From an uncultured Desulfarculus sp. (lineage in GTDB: Bacteria; Desulfobacterota; Desulfarculia; Desulfarculales; Desulfarculaceae), in NCBI GenBank assembly GCA_963665125.2, contig CAXXUK010000001.1, forward strand, positions 1,536,001 to 1,600,000: a stretch of DNA of 64,000 nt, given 5' to 3'. Both the position numbers and the translations under genes were made by a program. The notes below the pieces were generated by a model. That model ran no database searches. It had not been told where the DNA came from and saw nothing but the letters and a program-made list of their open reading frames with translations. Positions 59,118 through 64,000 of this stretch are shown here, in pieces (the stretch's first letter is position 1; every line of letters starts with the position of its first letter).

Positions 59118-60343
59118 TGAACCAAATTAACTTTATACATCCTTACCCCGCCATGATACCTGATCAGGTATCAGAAGGCTTGATAAGTGAGTTTGCTCAT
59201 AATAAAGCTACCCTATTAGATCCATTTTGCGGTTCAGGTAGAATTGTTTTTAATTCTTCCTTACTCGGGCACGACTCTGTTGGAATAGACATTAACCCCT
59301 TAGCTTGCTTGATAGCAAAATCAAAAAACATTAACATACCAGAGCCTAGGTTTTCAGAAATCTATGATTCGATACTACTTTTCAGGTCATCAAATTCCAA
59401 TATCTCTCGTTATGATGTTGAACCCAACCGAAAAGTAAACTGGTTTTCAGAACAGAATAAGAATGAGCTATGTCAAATCATTGAATACATCAACCAGAAT
59501 ATCGTGTCATATGAAGAATTAGTCTTTCTATCTACAGTTCTGAGCGCCACAGTCAGAGAAGTTTCGTTTTGTAGAAATGACCAATGGAAACTTCATCGTT
59601 TGAGCAAAGACAAGCGTGACCGCCTTACTGTATCGGCCTGGGATGTCTTCCTGCGTCGGTTGATGAAAATGGAAGGTGCAATTACAACAAATAATAAACC
59701 GAGAGGTTCCTACTCCATCCTCAATGGTGACACTAAAAATTTGTGCGACTTCCCTGGGCTAACTCCTCGCGATCAACTATTTGATATTGTAATTACTTCT
59801 CCACCTTATGGTGATTCAAAAACCACCGTTCAATATGGAGCTATGTCCAGTCTTTGCCTTGGCGTGCTGATGAACATCAAGGATTTAAATATCACTTTCA
59901 TCTCGGGTCAACATATTGACAATCTTTGCCTAGGCGGCGATCAGCCATATAGCAACAACAAGCTACTTCACGATGGCTTTAACCTGAAAGATTACTGGCA
60001 TGGTGGGCAAGACAACTCCGCCATTAGTAGAGTTATTTCATTTTCAAACGACCTGATAGAAAGTACTTCTCAGATATGTAAGCAGGTAAAGCGAGATGGT
60101 ACTATCATTTTTGTTGTATCTAGGCGCCTTGTAGGCGGTTGGCGCTATTACATTGATAAGCTATTGATTGATACCATGAATAAAAATGGTTGGTTTATCA
60201 GTGAGGTGAGGCGGAGAAAGATTATTTCAAAAGTAGCGCCTGCTTACATTAACCGCTTGGCACGATTAAAAGGAAATAACAATTCAAGGTATTCTAGAGT
60301 GCCGACCATGAGGGAAGAATATATTTTGATCTTTAATGCCTGA
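59117..60343 (+). CDS. Amino (N4-cytosine/N6-adenine) DNA methyltransferase-like protein 2
   Basis: IHPYPAM, LLDPFCGSG, DINPLA, VITSPPYGD. Confidence 0.85.
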   Translation: MNQINFIHPYPAMIPDQVSEGLISEFAHNKATLLDPFCGSGRIVFNSSLLGHDSVGIDINPLACLIAKSKNINIPEPRFSEIYDSILLFRSSNSNISRYDVEPNRKVNWFSEQNKNELCQIIEYINQNIVSYEELVFLSTVLSATVREVSFCRNDQWKLHRLSKDKRDRLTVSAWDVFLRRLMKMEGAITTNNKPRGSYSILNGDTKNLCDFPGLTPRDQLFDIVITSPPYGDSKTTVQYGAMSSLCLGVLMNIKDLNITFISGQHIDNLCLGGDQPYSNNKLLHDGFNLKDYWHGGQDNSAISRVISFSNDLIESTSQICKQVKRDGTIIFVVSRRLVGGWRYYIDKLLIDTMNKNGWFISEVRRRKIISKVAPAYINRLARLKGNNNSRYSRVPTMREEYILIFNA

Positions 60344-60918
60344 TTTGACCGCACATTTTATCTAAGAAAGGTTAACCAAAGGGATGAGCAAATATGCAAA
60401 GAAACCATAGAGCAATAAAATATAAACTAATAAGTGACTGAACACCTGAGACGAACCTTGCACTACCAGTAGCATATAGTTTATAGTTTTCAAACTGCAA
60501 ACCAGATATCCACCTATTGAAATTCATGTCTCGCCATCCAAAATGGAAGGCGGATAATATCGAATAAAATAAAGCCAATCGAAGTCTTTTCCAATGAAAA
60601 CCATCATATTCAATTACTGTCGGCTCGGAACCAATAATGGCGCCACCACTTATTGGCATGGCTATTTTCACAATTGATCCTTCTCTGTTCTTCCCAAGAT
60701 AGTAATAGTAACAAAAAGAAAACATTACAATAAACGAAAGCAGAAAAGAGAGTGGACGAAATGGAGCCAAGCCCCAGTAAGTAGTATATCCAAATAGAAT
60801 AAAATTTAATCCCCCTTCTAATTGCGTTATTACTGAATCTGATTCCAACATCTTAAGGGTATCTTGACAATTGATGGCAAAAACGACGCCCCGATCTTGA
60901 TTTGTTAAACCAAGACGC

Positions 60919-62203
60919 AGAGGTGGACCCCAAAAATCGGACAATAGTGTAAGGTGGTATGGATGAGTCCGATGGAGGGACACCAGCTATGAGCAAGACC
61001 AAACGCAGGCGCTTTTCGGCCGAATTCAAGGCCACGGTAGCGCTGGAGGCATTGAAGGGCGAGCAGACTCTTTCCGAGCTGGCAGCACGGTTTGACATCC
61101 ACCCCAATATGATTGCGCAGTGGAAGCGCCAGGCCACCGAAGGCCTGACAGAAGTTTTCTCCAGCAAGGGTGCGAAGCAGCAAGAGGCCGGAGAATCCCA
61201 GATCAAGGAGCTTCATGCAAAGATTGGGCAGTTGACCATTGAACGGGATTTTTTGGCCAAGGCCTCCGGTCGCTGAGCTTTGATCGGAGGAAAGCGATGG
61301 TGAAGGCAAGCAGGCCCAAGGGATTGAGCATTGTCCGCCAATGTGAGCTCCTGGGAATCAGCCGCTCATCGTTTTATTAAGAAGCCACGGGCGAAAACCC
61401 GCTGAATATTGAGCTGATGCGCAAGATGGATGAGCAGTTTCTGGAAACGCCCTGGTACGGCTCTCGTCAGATGGTCCGCTGGCTCCGGCGTGAGGGGCAT
61501 CGCGTGGGCAGGAAGCGGGTGGTGCGGCTGATGCGCAAGATGGGGCTTAGCCCCGTCTACCAGAAGCCCGGGACATCCAAGCCCCAGCCGGGGCACAAGG
61601 TTTACCCCTATTTACTGCGCGGGGTGGAGATAAGCGAACCCGGCCACATCTGGTGCGCCGATATCACTTATATCCCGATGAGGCGTGGTTTTCTCTACCT
61701 GGTGGCGATCATGGACTGGGCCAGCCGCAAGGTGCTGAGCTGGCGACTGTCCAACACCTTGGATGCTGATTTTTGCGTGGCCGCCTTGAGTGATGCCCTG
61801 CGAAGGTTTCCCAACCCCCTGATTTTCAATACCGATCAGGGGAGCCAATTCACAAGCTTTGGCTTTACCCAGGTGCTCAAGGATGCTGATATCAAAATTT
61901 CCATGGATGGCAAAGGCCGCTGGATGGACAATGTCATGATCGAACGCCTGTGGCGCTCTCTCAAATATGAATGTGTCTATCTGCATGCCTTTGAGACGGG
62001 AAGCGAGGCCAGGAAGGGAATCGGCTCCTGGATCGATTACTATAACCAACGGCGACCCCACTCCAGCCTGGATGGCAAAACGACGGACGAGGCATACTGG
62101 GGCCGACCCACGACGGGATTGACCGAAACGGCGGCATGACAACAACAAATACCATCCACCTTAACTACGCCGCCAAACTGTCTAACGATTGGGGGCCACC
62201 TCT
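60919..62203 (+). mobile_element. IS3-family insertion sequence, 1285 bp
   Basis: 25-bp imperfect terminal IRs AGAGGTGGACCCCAAAAATCGGACA and revcomp AGAGGTGGCCCCCAATCGTTAGACA; CGC target duplication at 60916-60918 and 62204-62206. Confidence 0.92.
60989..62139 (+). pseudogene. IS3 transposase OrfA/OrfB with a nonsense codon in OrfB
   Basis: OrfA 60989-61276 (RRFSAEFKATVALEAL); T-TTT-TTG slip site at 61249-61255; OrfB in the -1 frame with DDE motifs (WCADITY, NTDQGSQF, IERLWRSLKYE) but an in-frame TAA at 61378-61380. Confidence 0.85.
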
Positions 62204-63401
62204 CGCCTTAGCCCCACCTTTAATTCTGCCAACGCTAGTCTAGACTCTTTATATGTGAGGCCTGCTAATGGAGCAGCTCTTGCTAAGCTATAGATTGAAC
62301 TTTCAAATCCTGGTCGACACTCAAAAACAGTATCAGAAAACAACACCCTAGAAAAATTAGCCCCCCTAATTTCCGTGTTGATCATACTTGCTTTATCCAG
62401 GTCCGCCATGTACAAATCTGCATTTATTAGTATCGCATTGTCCAAAGTCGAAGACTGAAAAACTGCGCCTCTTGCACTTATGTCTGACAAATCAGCTGCA
62501 AATAGATTTGCTCCTGAAAAATCTGAATATTCAATATTGCTATCTGTTAATATCGCCCATTTTAAAAAGGTCTTTTGAAATTTAGCGTCACGAATATAAC
62601 AATATTTAAAGTTTGATAACGGAAGAGCGGCATTAGCAAATTGTCCATACTCTATATTGGCACCCTCCCAATCAACTCCGACTAAGTTTGCATTATTAAA
62701 CTTTGCCGAAATTAAATAGCTATATTTAAAAATCGAAAATTCCAGATTTGCGTTCGAAAAATCAGCATTATCCAATTCTGCCTCAGAAAAATCATTGATA
62801 ATATTGTTGGGGTTGTCAAGCAACATACGATAATGTTTTCTCTTACGCCGCAACTTACCGTAAGGATCAAAAGTAGAAAAATGGTCTAGTGATGTTTTAT
62901 ATTCGTTTTCATTAACAAATACGAATTTTGAATTTTTTACGTAAGCCTTTTTAAAATTGACTTGCTTTAATATTGCGTGTGAGAAATTAGCGCCATCCGC
63001 TTCAACTCTCTCCATATTCGCATTGATAATTGATGCATGAAAAAAATTCGAGTTTGTTAAATCTGCTTTACATAATATTACGTTTTCGAATAATGAATTT
63101 GAGAAATCTATATTAGAGATAACCGCATTAGACAGGTCACAATTTTTTACAGTAACCCCTGACAAATTCATGTCAGAGATATTTAGCATTTGCCCTTTTT
63201 CTCCATCCGTTTTGAGCCACAACTGATGCCGTTTGATCGCTTCTGCAAATTGTTTTTTTTGCTGAAAATTACTGACATCCACGGCAAAAGCAGTAAATGT
63301 ATTGCATACCAGTAATTCAAAACTACAAAACAACACAATCGCCAAAATATTGTTTATTATTTTTTTTCGATTAGAATTTACCATCTACGTAAATAGCGCT
63401 C

Positions 63402-64000
63402 TTACTTTCTCAAATCCCTGCAATACCAAACAATCTCGCCTAAGACCTCCACGCCATCGCTGGCGTCTACCTCGATGGGCGGATAGAAGCGCTCGTTGTC
63501 CGAGGCTACGCGCAGCCTATCCGGCGCAGCCCAGGACAGGCGCTTTACCATTAGGCGGTTCTCCCAGCGCACGGCGTAGATGCCGCCGCCGTTGATATCG
63601 CGATTGTTCAGATTGATCAGGACCAGATCCCCATCGTAGAAGGTGGGCTCCATGGAGTCGCCCTTGACGAACATCAGGGCGGCGTGTTTGGGATCCAGCT
63701 GCTTTTGGCCGACAAACCAGGTGCGCTTGAAGCTCAGCCGGCTGACCGGACTTTCGCTGATAACCTCGTTGCCGTGGCCACCGGAGAGTGTGGTTTCGTA
63801 AAGGGGTACTTCGATGTAGTTATCTGACCATTGAGGTGCGTTCTGGGATTCGCCCGCCAATAGCCAATCCAAGGAAACTTCAAGAGCGGATTGTAGCAAC
63901 AATGACTTCTCGGCGTTCGGCCACTGCTTACCGTTCATGTATGCCGAGATAGTGTTCGCAGAAATTCCTGTCTTAACAGCAAGTTCACTCGCAGAGATTC
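63402..64000 (-). CDS. CI/LexA-like repressor (HTH-XRE + S24 peptidase), 5' end outside the window
   Basis: Frame stays open to the window end: ISASELAVKTGISANTISAYMNG...LEVSLDWLLAG; VKGDSMEP and MVKRL catalytic Ser/Lys. Confidence 0.9.
   Translation of the reverse strand, partial: ISASELAVKTGISANTISAYMNGKQWPNAEKSLLLQSALEVSLDWLLAGESQNAPQWSDNYIEVPLYETTLSGGHGNEVISESPVSRLSFKRTWFVGQKQLDPKHAALMFVKGDSMEPTFYDGDLVLINLNNRDINGGGIYAVRWENRLMVKRLSWAAPDRLRVASDNERFYPPIEVDASDGVEVLGEIVWYCRDLRK

Larger units (their letters stand above)
60372..63384 (-). pseudogene. Pentapeptide-repeat membrane protein interrupted by an IS3-family element
   Basis: N-part 62204-63384 (signal/TM, HQLWL, many A(D/N)LxxA repeats) and C-part 60372-60915 (TM helices, YWG...RP, ALFYSILSAFHFGW) rejoin in frame when the IS and one CGC are removed. 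Confidence 0.85.
52745..64000. mobile_element. tRNA-Val-integrated prophage/island, left part (continues past the window end)
   Basis: Integrase next to the tRNA 3' end, arm-like repeats, sharp drop in GC from about 54.2 kb, CI-like repressor at the window end. Confidence 0.85.

Noticed and set aside
57445..60343. Ordinary type II or III restriction-modification locus
   Set aside because: I found no endonuclease or helicase ORF in or beside the cassette. A highly divergent nuclease cannot be excluded without profile searches.
60372..60983. Independent 203-aa membrane protein
   Set aside because: Its first residues come from the IS end; it is the C-terminal fragment of the interrupted pentapeptide gene.

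Overview
GC-rich bacterial chromosome segment; gene content suggests a sulfate-reducing Desulfobacterota (deltaproteobacterial) lineage, which is inference only. Positions 1-7.1 kb hold a complete GAK (ATP-Grasp/Amphi-Trp/Kinase) operon with a PhoU-kinase fusion, preceded by 11-bp-periodic Pho-box-like repeats. Positions 7-52.7 kb are mostly housekeeping and metabolic genes: MFS, lnt, acyl-CoA ligase, carboxyltransferase, a frameshifted gltA, a sensor kinase, cobB, glgA, larE, pyrG-kdsA-kdsC, proC and an M24 peptidase-xerD-tRNA nucleotidyltransferase-S2P-scpA-scpB-rluB run. From tRNA-Val(CAC) at 52670 an integrated prophage-like element begins, with a tyrosine integrase, arm-type repeats and a CI-like repressor cut by the window end. 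Between integrase and repressor lies the most interesting locus: an AT-rich, tightly coupled six-gene cassette (54393-60343) encoding a PP-loop ATPase with CxxC+C, a membrane-anchored degenerate KaiC/RecA-like protein, a SAMHD1-like HD hydrolase, an SPPY amino-methyltransferase, an archaeal-type cytidylate kinase and a second SPPY methyltransferase. It has no restriction endonuclease and matches no named system I can recall, so it is a candidate new nucleotide/DNA-modification or anti-phage system. Next to it, a pentapeptide-repeat membrane protein gene is split by a 1285-bp IS3-family element with a 3-bp target duplication. All family calls come from motif recognition by eye; no database searches were run.
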